Below, in pieces: positions 37,947 through 47,551 of a stretch of DNA of 64,000 bases (its first letter is position 1; each line of letters starts with the position of its first letter). The notes under the pieces were generated by a model. The model saw only the letters and a list, made by a program, of their open reading frames with translations, made no database searches and was not told where the DNA came from. The position numbers and the translations under genes were made by a program. The stretch lies in the sequence record DRR723986_2456; one strand, given 5' to 3'.

Positions 37947-39404
37947 GTGAACGTGAATTTAGCCAATACGCCCTTTTTCAAAAATCAGTGTTTTATCGAC
38001 GGTCAATGGCTGTCCAGCAGCGATACCGCCGCTGTTCACAACCCGGCAAACGGCGAGGTCATTACTCACGTACCAATGATGGGTGCGGCAGACACTGAGC
38101 GCGCCATTCAGGCAGCCGAGCGCGCGCAGCGCGAATGGCGTCAGCGCAGTGCAGACGAGCGAGCAACCTTGCTAAAGCGCTGGCACCAGCTTGTGGTGGA
38201 AAACAGCCGTGGTCTTGGCGAACTGATGTCACTGGAGCAGGGCAAACCCGTCGCGGAAGCCGAAGGTGAAGTCCTGTACGCCGCCAGCTACATCGAATGG
38301 TTCGCCGAGGAAGCCCGGCGCCTGTATGGCGAAACCATCCCCGGCCATCAGGCTGACAAACGCATTGTGGTCACCCGCGAAGCCGTCGGCGTTTGCGCGG
38401 CCATCACACCGTGGAATTTTCCCGCAGCAATGATCGCCCGCAAAGTGGCTCCGGCATTGGCAGCGGGTTGTTCAATTATCGTAAAGCCCGCTCTGGAAAC
38501 CCCGTTGTCGGCGTTTGCTCTCGCGGCCCTGGCCGAGCAAGCTGGCCTGCCCGCGGGGGTGTTTAACGTGATTAGCGGCCACGCGCCCGATATCGGCAAT
38601 GTCCTTACCGCCAGCCCTGTTGTACGCAAGCTCAGCTTTACCGGCTCGACGGCGGTCGGCGCAAAACTGATGGCCGACAGCGCCGCCAACCTGAAAAAAC
38701 TGTCACTCGAACTTGGCGGCAATGCACCGTTTATCGTATTTAACGACGCCGACATCGAGCATGCCACCGACGAGTTGATTAAGGGTAAATTCCGCAACGC
38801 CGGGCAAACCTGTGTCTGCCCCAACCGGGTATATGTGCAGCGCGGCGTCTACGCCAAATTCAGCGAACGCCTGCAGGCGAAGGTCGCCAACCTGCGTGTT
38901 GGCCCGGGCTCGGAGCCCGACACCGATATCGGCCCGTTAATCAGTCGCGACGCCGCCGACAAAGTGAAGGCGCAGATCGACGATGCCCTTGGCAAAGGCG
39001 CAGAGCTGCTGTGTGGCGGCCAACGTCACGAGCGGGGAGACAACTGGTTTCAACCGAGCGTTATCGGCAATGCCAATCGCGACATGCTCTGCGCCCGCGA
39101 AGAAACTTTCGGGCCACTCATCCCCCTGTTCCCCTTTAGCGACGAGGCCGAGGTGATCGCGGCGGCAAACGCTACCGAGTTTGGTCTGGCCGCCTACCTA
39201 TTTTCAAACAACATACACACCATTGAGCGCACCACCGAAGAGCTGGAGTACGGCATGGTCGGCATCAACACCGGCATGATCTCCACCGCTGTAGCCCCCT
39301 TCGGCGGCATTAAGTCCAGCGGTTTCGGCCGCGAGGGCTCGCACTTTGGTATCGAGGATTACACCGAACTGAAATACCGGTGTTACCACATTGCTGCGCG
39401 GTAA
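37947..39404 (+). CDS. gabD: succinate-semialdehyde dehydrogenase (GabD-like)
   Basis: EQGKP, WFAEEARR, TPWNFP, SFTGST, LELGGNAP, FRNAGQTCVC, EETFGP, SGFGREGS. Confidence 0.9.
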   Translation: MNVNLANTPFFKNQCFIDGQWLSSSDTAAVHNPANGEVITHVPMMGAADTERAIQAAERAQREWRQRSADERATLLKRWHQLVVENSRGLGELMSLEQGKPVAEAEGEVLYAASYIEWFAEEARRLYGETIPGHQADKRIVVTREAVGVCAAITPWNFPAAMIARKVAPALAAGCSIIVKPALETPLSAFALAALAEQAGLPAGVFNVISGHAPDIGNVLTASPVVRKLSFTGSTAVGAKLMADSAANLKKLSLELGGNAPFIVFNDADIEHATDELIKGKFRNAGQTCVCPNRVYVQRGVYAKFSERLQAKVANLRVGPGSEPDTDIGPLISRDAADKVKAQIDDALGKGAELLCGGQRHERGDNWFQPSVIGNANRDMLCAREETFGPLIPLFPFSDEAEVIAAANATEFGLAAYLFSNNIHTIERTTEELEYGMVGINTGMISTAVAPFGGIKSSGFGREGSHFGIEDYTELKYRCYHIAAR

Positions 39405-39491
39405 GCCGCCTGCAACGAGGAAGGCGGTGCACACCGCACCGCATAGATAGGTCATTGAATGACGACAATAAACAGCAAAAGGAAGCATAGT

Positions 39492-40541
39492 ATGATCAGC
39501 TCTCTGCACAACACACGCAAACGTTTCGCTGGTATGGCACTGGCGAGTTGTATCGGTTTGTTCGGCGCCGCCGCTAGTCATGCGGCCGGCGACATCGAAG
39601 CGCTGCAGAAAAAGTCCCCCAACAACTGGGGCAAATGGGGCAAGGAAGACCAGATCGGCGGCCTCAACTACCTCGATGGCAAACAAGTATTGCGCGGGGT
39701 TGCCGAGATAAAAACCGGCGAACGCTTCACCCTGCAGCTGCCCATGACCCACGGTGTTGGCCCGGTCTTCCCCGGCCGCGTACCGGTTATGCACTTTATG
39801 TCTCAGGATGAAAGCATCTACTCATCCAATAAAATTAACGAACTGCCCGGCGGTGTGAAGTATTCTGACGACGCTGTATTTATGTACCTGCAAGGCACTA
39901 CTCACGTCGATGCCCTTGGCCACGCGTGGTATGGCGACAAGGTGTACAACGGCAAGTCTGCCGACACCACCACCCACGGCCACAGCTTTGTGGATATTGG
40001 CACGCTGGGCGAAGCCGGTATTGCCGGGCGCGGTGTACTGCTCGATGTTGGCCGCGCAATGGGTGATAAGAACCACCGCCTGGCACCAAATGCCTGCATT
40101 AACCTCGACGATATCAAGGCAACCGCCAAGCGCCAGAAGGTCAATATTGAGAAGCGTGACATTTTGTTGATCCGCACCGGCTCTATGGGCCGCTTCTACG
40201 ACGAAAACGACAAGCAAAACTGGAATGCGCAAACCGAACCCGGCCTGTGCTACAGCACCGCCTTGATCAAATGGTTAGACAAGATGGAGATCCCCGTGAT
40301 CGCCGCCGACAACCTGGCCATTGAACGCGCCAACCAAGTCATCGATGGCGACAACTATGTCATTCCCCTGCACGGCGCGCTGATCCGCGACCTGGGTATT
40401 GTGCTGTCAGAAATCTACTGGCTGGACGACCTGGCAGAGTCCAGCGCGAAAGACGGTCGCTACAGCTTCTTCTTCAATGCTGCGCCACTGAAAATGAAAG
40501 GCGGCTCCGGCTCTCCCGTTAACCCCATCGTTATTAAGTAA
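39492..40541 (+). CDS. exported cyclase-family (kynurenine formamidase-like) metal hydrolase
   Basis: Signal peptide ending ASHA, NNWGKWG..DQIGGLN, GTTHVDALGH, GRGVLLD, LIRTG, GSGSPVNP. Confidence 0.88.
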   Translation: MISSLHNTRKRFAGMALASCIGLFGAAASHAAGDIEALQKKSPNNWGKWGKEDQIGGLNYLDGKQVLRGVAEIKTGERFTLQLPMTHGVGPVFPGRVPVMHFMSQDESIYSSNKINELPGGVKYSDDAVFMYLQGTTHVDALGHAWYGDKVYNGKSADTTTHGHSFVDIGTLGEAGIAGRGVLLDVGRAMGDKNHRLAPNACINLDDIKATAKRQKVNIEKRDILLIRTGSMGRFYDENDKQNWNAQTEPGLCYSTALIKWLDKMEIPVIAADNLAIERANQVIDGDNYVIPLHGALIRDLGIVLSEIYWLDDLAESSAKDGRYSFFFNAAPLKMKGGSGSPVNPIVIK

Positions 40542-40717
40542 CACCACCCTTCCCTAGTGCCCGCCTGTGCGGGCTCCCCTTCGGGCAATGGCCTCAGTCA
40601 CTGCCCTGGGGAACGGCTGCGCCAGAATTTTGCTTTTGGCCGAAAAATGCCTGCGGGAAAGGTCAGCACGATATCGAGATAACTGCCGAATAACGGCAAA
40701 ATAACAAGGACACTCAC

Positions 40718-41884
40718 ATGAACAAACATACCCTACTCAGCTGCTTAGGCAGCAGCCTCCTGATAGCGGCGCCAGCCTCGCAGGCCCTGGAAATTAACGC
40801 CGACGACTGGACCCTTAGCTTCGGCGGCTATATCAACACCCACCTGGTATATGCCAAATGCGACGACAACGCCCCAACAGTGGCGGGTAACGCCTTGCTG
40901 TGCACCGGCGAAGACGCCAGCGCCGTTTCCAACGGTTACAGCCCGGCAAGCTTTCAACTCAGTGCCAGCACCCAACGCAACGGCTTCAACATTCGCGCGA
41001 CGGTGGCCATTGAACCGGGAACCACCGACAACGCCGCCTTCAATGGCAATGGCGACGGTGAAGCCTGGCGCGCTTTTTTCACCGTTGGTAACGATGAAGT
41101 GGGCACATTAACGGTAGGCCGCGCCTATGGCGTCTACGGCATAGACGTGCTGGTAGAAGACATGTCTCTCGCCTCGGTGGGGGCACCGCTCGCCGTAAAA
41201 AGCCCACTCAACACCAGCCTGGGCGGCGCCGGTTACGGCTATATTTTTGCCGACCGCCTCTCGCAAATCACCTATGACTATAAAGCCAGTAACGGCGTGA
41301 GTACCGCCATCGGTTTATACCAGCCGCTGGATTTAGTTTCTTTCGGCGGCAATGGCTATGTTGGCGATACCGGCAGCCAGGAACCGGGCCTGCACGGCAA
41401 ACTGCGCTTTGACCACCAGTGGGGTTTTGTCTCAACCACCTTCCTTCGTCAAAGCGTGGATGTTGCGAATGGCAACGACTACGAAGCACTGGCCGTCGAC
41501 CTCACCGCCGCCATCAGCCTGGGGAATACCCGTCTCATGGCATCGGCATTCGACGCGACTGGCGTGGGCTACTACGGGCTGTTTATCGACGCCGCGGACA
41601 TCAATGGTGAAGCGCGAGATACCCAGGGCTGGTTTGTGCAGCTCAGCCACCGGATCGGCGACACCAAACTCGGCATTAACTACGGTGAATCCAGTGTAGA
41701 GCTGGCACCCGCCGACACGGACACCCAACTCGACACGCAGGCAAAACTCACTCTCGGCGTTTACCACACCCTGCTGCCAGGGCTGGTGCTTGCTGGTGAA
41801 TACTCTGAGCTGACGGCAGACAACCACCGCTCTGAAGAGATGGAAAACCAAGCCGTAAGCGTGGGCTTGGCGCTGTCATTTTAA
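40718..41884 (+). CDS. porin
   Basis: Signal peptide, amphipathic strands, GTLTVGR, C-terminal VGLALSF. Confidence 0.85.
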   Translation: MNKHTLLSCLGSSLLIAAPASQALEINADDWTLSFGGYINTHLVYAKCDDNAPTVAGNALLCTGEDASAVSNGYSPASFQLSASTQRNGFNIRATVAIEPGTTDNAAFNGNGDGEAWRAFFTVGNDEVGTLTVGRAYGVYGIDVLVEDMSLASVGAPLAVKSPLNTSLGGAGYGYIFADRLSQITYDYKASNGVSTAIGLYQPLDLVSFGGNGYVGDTGSQEPGLHGKLRFDHQWGFVSTTFLRQSVDVANGNDYEALAVDLTAAISLGNTRLMASAFDATGVGYYGLFIDAADINGEARDTQGWFVQLSHRIGDTKLGINYGESSVELAPADTDTQLDTQAKLTLGVYHTLLPGLVLAGEYSELTADNHRSEEMENQAVSVGLALSF

Positions 41885-41949
41885 AGACACAGCCCCGGCC
41901 AATGTCTTAGTCCCACCCGATGCACGCGGATCTCTCCGCTGTGGTCTTT

Positions 41950-41974
41950 GCGGCTGCGATGCAGCCGCCTTTTT
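41950..41974 (+). terminator. intrinsic terminator
   Basis: GCGGCTGC-GAT-GCAGCCGC then CTTTTT after the porin gene. Confidence 0.65.
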
Positions 41975-41992
41975 CAACTCCCAGCCAACTGG

Positions 41993-42763
41993 TTACCCGG
42001 CGTAGGTCTCATTGAGATAGTCGATAATGTCTGCCGACTCAAACATCGCCACCCCCGTGTTGGGGTCGACCAGATACGGCACCTGACTGCGACCGGTTAG
42101 CTCCCGCAAACGCCGCCGGTTATCACTGGTTATTGGCGCATCGGGGAAGAATTTTTCGCGCACGATCGGCGGCCCCATTTCCTGCCAACGGGACTTGGCG
42201 AAATTACGCAGGCGGTAAGGGATCTCCAACTCGCTTAAACGCTCTCTAACCAAACGCGCGTAGGGGCTGGACTCAAAGCTATACAATTCCAGCGGCTCAG
42301 CGGGCGCTGTGGACTCCGCCGCATACATACCGCGTGGTTTTGGCGACGATCGCAATGCCGTTGCCGCCAGCGACGACAACATATCCACCTGACGCAATAC
42401 TCCCCGCGAGGCGCGGCGGCGACCACCACCATACTGGTGGTAGAGATAGTCGATGATCTCTGCAGACTCCAGTAGCACCACATCATTGTTGGGGTCGACC
42501 AGCAGCGGGAACTGGCTGGCACCGCTCAAGTCGATCGCGGTGCCACGAAAGCGCATGCCGCCTTTCGGGCAAGGGTAGATCATCGCATCCAGGTCCAGCT
42601 CACACACTACTTCCCGAACGAGCCGACAGAATGGACAGCCCTCATACTCGTAGAGCTCAAGTAATTTTTCCGGCTTGCTCGGGGTCGATGCAAAGGCGGC
42701 GGTGCCGCGCCAGGCACGACTGGAGCTGGCAAAAACAGATGTCGCGATATCGAGCGCTTTCAT
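41993..42763 (-). CDS. tandem GST-N/glutaredoxin-like domain protein
   Basis: Two copies of LELY..E..P..RLVRE...P.LVDPN....ESA.IIDYL. Confidence 0.85.
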   Translation of the reverse strand: MKALDIATSVFASSSRAWRGTAAFASTPSKPEKLLELYEYEGCPFCRLVREVVCELDLDAMIYPCPKGGMRFRGTAIDLSGASQFPLLVDPNNDVVLLESAEIIDYLYHQYGGGRRRASRGVLRQVDMLSSLAATALRSSPKPRGMYAAESTAPAEPLELYSFESSPYARLVRERLSELEIPYRLRNFAKSRWQEMGPPIVREKFFPDAPITSDNRRRLRELTGRSQVPYLVDPNTGVAMFESADIIDYLNETYAG

Positions 42764-42827
42764 GACGGCTTCCTCATAAAATTTGCCCGCTACCCTAGCA
42801 CAGAATGCCTACAGGAAGGCGACACAA

Positions 42828-43556
42828 CTAACGCGCTTTGCGACGCTTGCCCTTACCGGCTTTACCGCTTTCTTCACCCGGCAACTGCGCCTCTAACCAC
42901 AATAAGGTATCGAGGTAGCCAACAAACTGCTTCAGGTAGGCCGGCGAGCGTTCGCGCATATTGGTCAACGAGCGAATAGCCAGCATTTGCGGGTTGAGAG
43001 GGCCGGGATCCTGGGGGGCGTTTTGAATGGCCTGATCGATGCGCTGCTCGATATCCTGATGGCGCTGGCGGCTGCGCAATTGGCGCAATGCGCGCAGCTC
43101 TTTTGGCGGCTCGCTGGTCGCCTTATCGGGCGCATGGCTCTGGGAAGCGCCCAACAGCGAAAATTCCTGCTGGCGGAGCAAGGCACTGATCGGCGAACTT
43201 GCTTCGTCGCTGGTGGCGTCATCCGGTGTTTCTCGGTTTAGCTCTGCTTGCAGGGCCCGCAGAGCTGAAGCAGCGCCACTGCGACGAGTCGCCAATTGCT
43301 GGCGGTGAGTCGCCAGCACACCAGCCAGTCGGCTCGGCTGCTCGCTGAATTGCTCACAGTCGCGCCGGTAATCGGCAAGCATTGATGCCGCGCGGCGCAA
43401 TAGTGGCGCCTGCACTGACGGTCGCTGCTGTTGCGCCTTCTCCAACAGACTTTCCACGCCGCGCAGGCGCGGTGGGTCGAACTGAGGGCACTGCCCTTTC
43501 AGCGTCGCCAGCGTTGCCTGCAATTCAGCCAGTGGCATACCGGGAGCGGGAGTCAC
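42828..43556 (-). CDS. zorG: DUF2894 protein (Zorya type III ZorG-like)
   Basis: FDPPR, PGPLNPQMLAIRSL, SPAYLKQFVGYLDTLLWLE; last gene of a coupled four-gene operon. Confidence 0.78.
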   Translation of the reverse strand: MTPAPGMPLAELQATLATLKGQCPQFDPPRLRGVESLLEKAQQQRPSVQAPLLRRAASMLADYRRDCEQFSEQPSRLAGVLATHRQQLATRRSGAASALRALQAELNRETPDDATSDEASSPISALLRQQEFSLLGASQSHAPDKATSEPPKELRALRQLRSRQRHQDIEQRIDQAIQNAPQDPGPLNPQMLAIRSLTNMRERSPAYLKQFVGYLDTLLWLEAQLPGEESGKAGKGKRRKAR

Positions 43557-44188
43557 TTCGCCTCCTGCTTCACGCGGGGGACGGGCGCCATTTCCACGCG
43601 GCGGTTTTGGGCGCGACCATCTTCGCTATTATTGGCAGCCACCGGTTGCTGGTCGCCAAAGGCGGCGGCAAACACGCTGTCGGCGGGCATGCCTTCGTCG
43701 ATCAACGCGCGGGTAACCGTTAGCGCTCGCTGCGCAGACAGCTCCCAGTTGTCAGAGAATTGCAAGTTGCCCTGCTGAATGGGCAGGTCGTCGGTGAAAC
43801 CGCTCACCATCAGCAGTTGATCATTTTCCTGCACATACAATTTGAGCGGCGGGATCAGGCTGCGCAGCAGTTCTCGGCCTTCTTGCTGGAGTTCCGCCGA
43901 GTTCAGCGAAAACAACACACTGCCGCTTATGCCAATGCGGCCATCGCGCAGGGTCACTCGACCACTGGCCAAGGGCGCAGCAAGCGCCTCTTCCAGCACG
44001 GCGCGGCGCTGTTGCTCCACCTCCCGCTGGGCGACTTCTTTTTCCAGGCTTTTCGCCAGCTCCAGCTGAAAGCCCAGCGCCCAAATGAGCAACAGCACGA
44101 ACACACCCACCATGCCGGTCATCAGGTCGCCAAAGATCGCCCAGATTGGCGGCTCCTGGCTCAAGCCGTCGTCAAGTTCGCGACTCAC
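43553..44188 (-). CDS. zorB: MotB/OmpA-domain protein (ZorB-like)
   Basis: WAIFGDLM TM with Asp, GFTDD.P, NWELSAQRA, NRRVE. Confidence 0.85.
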   Translation of the reverse strand: MSRELDDGLSQEPPIWAIFGDLMTGMVGVFVLLLIWALGFQLELAKSLEKEVAQREVEQQRRAVLEEALAAPLASGRVTLRDGRIGISGSVLFSLNSAELQQEGRELLRSLIPPLKLYVQENDQLLMVSGFTDDLPIQQGNLQFSDNWELSAQRALTVTRALIDEGMPADSVFAAAFGDQQPVAANNSEDGRAQNRRVEMAPVPRVKQEAK

Positions 44189-46473
44189 GCCTCGGCCCCT
44201 TCGGCGTTCATGTTCAGCTCAAGCTGCTCGGCACTGTCGGTAAGGGCTTGCAGGCGCGCCAAAATATCCTGATGGGTGAGCAGGTTGTGGTCGATAATTT
44301 CCCGCGCCTGGGCAACGTAGTAACTCATTTGCTCATCGCTGCGCTCGCCGCTTTCCTTGAGGGTTTGTTCGACACTGGCCAGCGCCGCCAGCAGTTCGCC
44401 GTTACTGTCACCAAACTGCTGCACCGCGGCGGCAAAGGTGTCGCCCACGCCGGACAGCTCCAGCGCGCTACCCGCCAGTTGATCGCCAAGCTCGGCCAGC
44501 TGACCGGCGCGCTGCTCAATGCTGTCACCCAAACGCTCACCCAGCTGCTTGAGAGTATCGCCGCTGTTAGCGAGCAACTGCTCAACCGCTTCGCGCTGCG
44601 CCTGACTGTTGTCGCGCAGGCCATCGGTCAAACTGGCCAGCTCCGACATTAACTCACGGCGCTCATCGAGCAGGCTGTTATCGCGTTCAATGTTCTTGGT
44701 AATTTCGCCGCGTAATTGCTCCATCAGCTCAGCCGCAACGCGGGGCGCCTCCGACGCGGATTCGATCAGATTGGCCAGCGGCGCCTCTAATGAATTGCCC
44801 AGTTCGGCCAATTGCGTCGCCACGGCGGCTTGCAAGGTTTCCAGTCGGCTCACGGCGGCATCGCCGCGCTGCGCTTCCTCGTCGCGTAGCTGTTGCAATT
44901 GACCTTGCAGGGCATCGATCAGTGCACTGCTGCGCTCTGCGACATTTGCTTGCCAGCGCTGCTCCGCGGCCTGTTGCTGGCTCAGTTGCTCGGCAATGGC
45001 TGCCTGCAGCGTTTCCAAACGGCTTACCGCCGCGTCGCCGCGCTGCCCTTCTTCATCACGCAGCTGTTGCAACTGGCCCTGCAGGGCATCGATCAGCTGC
45101 GTGCTTCGCGCCGCCACACTTTCCTGCCAGCGCTGCTCAGCCGCTTGCTGTTCTTCAAGTTGCTGGCGCTGCTGCTCCAGGAACTGTTGGTTGACGCTGT
45201 TCAACGCCGCATTGCGGGTTTCGGCATCCTCGCCCAGGGAGCGGGCCACTGCCGACAACATGGTTTCGGCATTGGCAAAGGCCGCCTGCCACTGCTGTAA
45301 CCGCTCAGCTTCGGCATCGCGCTGAGCCTGCAGCGCCTCGGCACTGCGCTGGGCGGCATCGTCCAGCAACTGGCGGCTGTCGCGGGCCATCTGCTCGGCG
45401 CTACTGCTGAGGCTTTGACCCACCGCATCGGCCAATTCGCGATTGGCGCGCTGCTGATTTTCCAGGCCCTTTTGCCAGGTGCTATCAATGGTGGCCGCGC
45501 TTTGTTCAAGCTGGCTAGACATCGCTTCAAGGCGCGCATTGGCGGCCTCGTCAAACTGTTGGTGGCGCTGCTGTAGGTCGCGCTCCAACCCTGCCAGCAG
45601 CCCCTCTACAACCGGCTTGATGGTTTCGCCGGCCTGACGACCGCTGTCCGCCAAACTGCGATTGAGTGACTCGGCCACAGCATTGGCCAGTGATTGAAAA
45701 TCCTGTTGCACGCTCTGCTGAAACTGCTGCTGGTTGTCGAGCAATTGCTGGCTGAGCTGCTCGCCCATCGCACCGAGGCGCTCACTCAGTGCCGTGAGCT
45801 GGCTGGCAACGGTGGGCAGCGCATCGGCTTGTTGTTGCAGGGCGGAATAGGTTTGTTGGCGCTGATGACTGAGAGAGTAATTACGGAAGCGGCTGTCGCG
45901 CTGTTGATCCAACTCGCGGGATACCTCAATACGCTCGCGGCGGCTGAGCGTAGCGATAAAACCCAGCATCGCCGATGCCGCCACACCGGCCACAGAGGTA
46001 CCAAAGGCCATGCCCAGACCCTTGATCGGTGTGGTCAAGCCGTCGCGAATAGCGCTTAGCTCGGTGCTACCCTCCAGCGCCTGTACGGCGCCGCCCAGGG
46101 TTTCGACCATACCGACGAAGGTGCCCATCAAACCCAGCATGACCAGCAGGCCAACCAGATAGGGCGTGAGCACGGGCACCGGCAGCCCTACGTATTCCCC
46201 TTCGATACGCTGACGCACCGGGTTGCGCAGCGACGCGGGCAAGGCATCCAGCCAGCGATTCAGCTCCACATCGCCGCCCTGCGCCAGGGCCGCGTGCAGC
46301 GCGCCAGTGGCCTGCTGATAGCGCAGCAATTCAGCCCCGCCGGTAAAGTAGGCCAGCGCGATGAGTAACATCACTACCGATGCCAGCAAGTGGCCGGCGG
46401 CAACAGCCACCCCCATCCACAGAATAACCAGCGCGCCAAGAATAAAGGCAGCCAGGGAAAGCAATCGTGTCAT
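44185..46473 (-). CDS. zorA: MotA-like membrane protein with long coiled-coil tail, DUF802 (ZorA-like)
   Basis: MLGLMGTFVGM and AFGTSVAG helices, then about 550 aa of Gln/Ala/Glu-rich helical tail. Confidence 0.85.
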   Translation of the reverse strand: MTRLLSLAAFILGALVILWMGVAVAAGHLLASVVMLLIALAYFTGGAELLRYQQATGALHAALAQGGDVELNRWLDALPASLRNPVRQRIEGEYVGLPVPVLTPYLVGLLVMLGLMGTFVGMVETLGGAVQALEGSTELSAIRDGLTTPIKGLGMAFGTSVAGVAASAMLGFIATLSRRERIEVSRELDQQRDSRFRNYSLSHQRQQTYSALQQQADALPTVASQLTALSERLGAMGEQLSQQLLDNQQQFQQSVQQDFQSLANAVAESLNRSLADSGRQAGETIKPVVEGLLAGLERDLQQRHQQFDEAANARLEAMSSQLEQSAATIDSTWQKGLENQQRANRELADAVGQSLSSSAEQMARDSRQLLDDAAQRSAEALQAQRDAEAERLQQWQAAFANAETMLSAVARSLGEDAETRNAALNSVNQQFLEQQRQQLEEQQAAEQRWQESVAARSTQLIDALQGQLQQLRDEEGQRGDAAVSRLETLQAAIAEQLSQQQAAEQRWQANVAERSSALIDALQGQLQQLRDEEAQRGDAAVSRLETLQAAVATQLAELGNSLEAPLANLIESASEAPRVAAELMEQLRGEITKNIERDNSLLDERRELMSELASLTDGLRDNSQAQREAVEQLLANSGDTLKQLGERLGDSIEQRAGQLAELGDQLAGSALELSGVGDTFAAAVQQFGDSNGELLAALASVEQTLKESGERSDEQMSYYVAQAREIIDHNLLTHQDILARLQALTDSAEQLELNMNAEGAEA
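44809..45150 (-). repeat. tandem 174-bp (58-aa) duplication in the ZorA-like tail
   Basis: QQAAEQRWQ...LIDALQGQLQQLRDEE.QRGDAAVSRLETLQAA occurs twice; GGCATCGATCAG at 44911 and 45085. Confidence 0.9.
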
Positions 46474-47243
46474 GGAGTGTCCTCGTGTTCGGAGTCCAGG
46501 GCTTCCAATAGACCCTGTAGCGGCTGCAGGCGCAGCGCGAGTTCAGCAAGTAGCAAACTCTGCATGTCGGTATGAAATTGCCAGAGCCAGCCCCCTTCCG
46601 CGAGCCACTGCTCACTGGTAGTTGGCTGCTCGGTATCGGCATCGATGTTTTGTTGCTCACTGCGCAGCGCGAAAAAATGCTGCGCCAGTAATTTAGGTAA
46701 GGCAGAAAGTGCACGACGGCTGTATACCGCCAGCGTGCCCTCCATCATGGTATCCAGCGCGGCCAGCTGGGCCAGCGCCTCGGAGCGACCCGCCAACAGC
46801 TTGCGTAACTCGCCGCGCAAGCTGATGACCCGATGGTCAATTTCACTTTGATGCAGGGCATAAAAGCGTTGATAAGGCGCGTACCCGGCGGCATCGCTGC
46901 CGAAAGTGTCGGCGTTTGGCGAGGGTAGAATAAATCCCGCCGGGCTGCTCGCCATCGCCTCCGGGTCGAGGGTAAAACTCGCGGAGATCGCCTCAATCAT
47001 GTCGGCGCGACGCGCCATAAAAAGGGTCTGGGCATCATCGCCAGCGGCTTCGCCGGTTGCCTTCACGCGTCGCAAGCCGCGCAGTGACTCCGACAGGGCA
47101 ATCGCTCCGGAGAGGTCAATCAATTCGGCCAGTTTGTCGGCAAAACCCGCGCGCGGCGCAGCACTCGCCGCCACACCCAAGGCATTGAGGGTATGGGCCA
47201 GTCGCGAAGGTGTCGGCGGGGCGTGCGCGGCGGCCTTGGGCAT
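46470..47243 (-). CDS. zorF: DUF3348 protein (Zorya type III ZorF-like)
   Basis: YAPYQRFY, LAQLAALD, WL..F..DMQSLLLAELALRLQPLQGLLEAL; first gene of the operon. Confidence 0.78.
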   Translation of the reverse strand: MPKAAAHAPPTPSRLAHTLNALGVAASAAPRAGFADKLAELIDLSGAIALSESLRGLRRVKATGEAAGDDAQTLFMARRADMIEAISASFTLDPEAMASSPAGFILPSPNADTFGSDAAGYAPYQRFYALHQSEIDHRVISLRGELRKLLAGRSEALAQLAALDTMMEGTLAVYSRRALSALPKLLAQHFFALRSEQQNIDADTEQPTTSEQWLAEGGWLWQFHTDMQSLLLAELALRLQPLQGLLEALDSEHEDTP

Positions 47244-47551
47244 AGAATCCTAGTGCGAGTTCTCATCGAACACGATGAGCGAGTTTATTCGGGACAGGCC
47301 ATTCTGCCAGCGTGACAAAATTTAGAGTGGTCACTGACGCCTGTTACAGGCCACAGCGGAACGGCGTTGCTTCTACTTTTTTGGCTATGCTTTTGCATTT
47401 TTGCGCCCCATTATCGCCATTTTACCGCCCGATTCAATACAACTGCACAGGCGATGTATTGGCTTTTCTGCCCCTTTTAGACGATTTTTTGCGCCAGACA
47501 GCCCCACGGGAATTCCGTACTATGGCGGAATTACCCGTAACGGAGCAGTCA

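Noticed and set aside
43553-46473. Flagellar stator motAB or a chemoreceptor
   Set aside because: The long tail, flanking DUF genes and lack of flagellar context fit Zorya; no MCP hairpin signature
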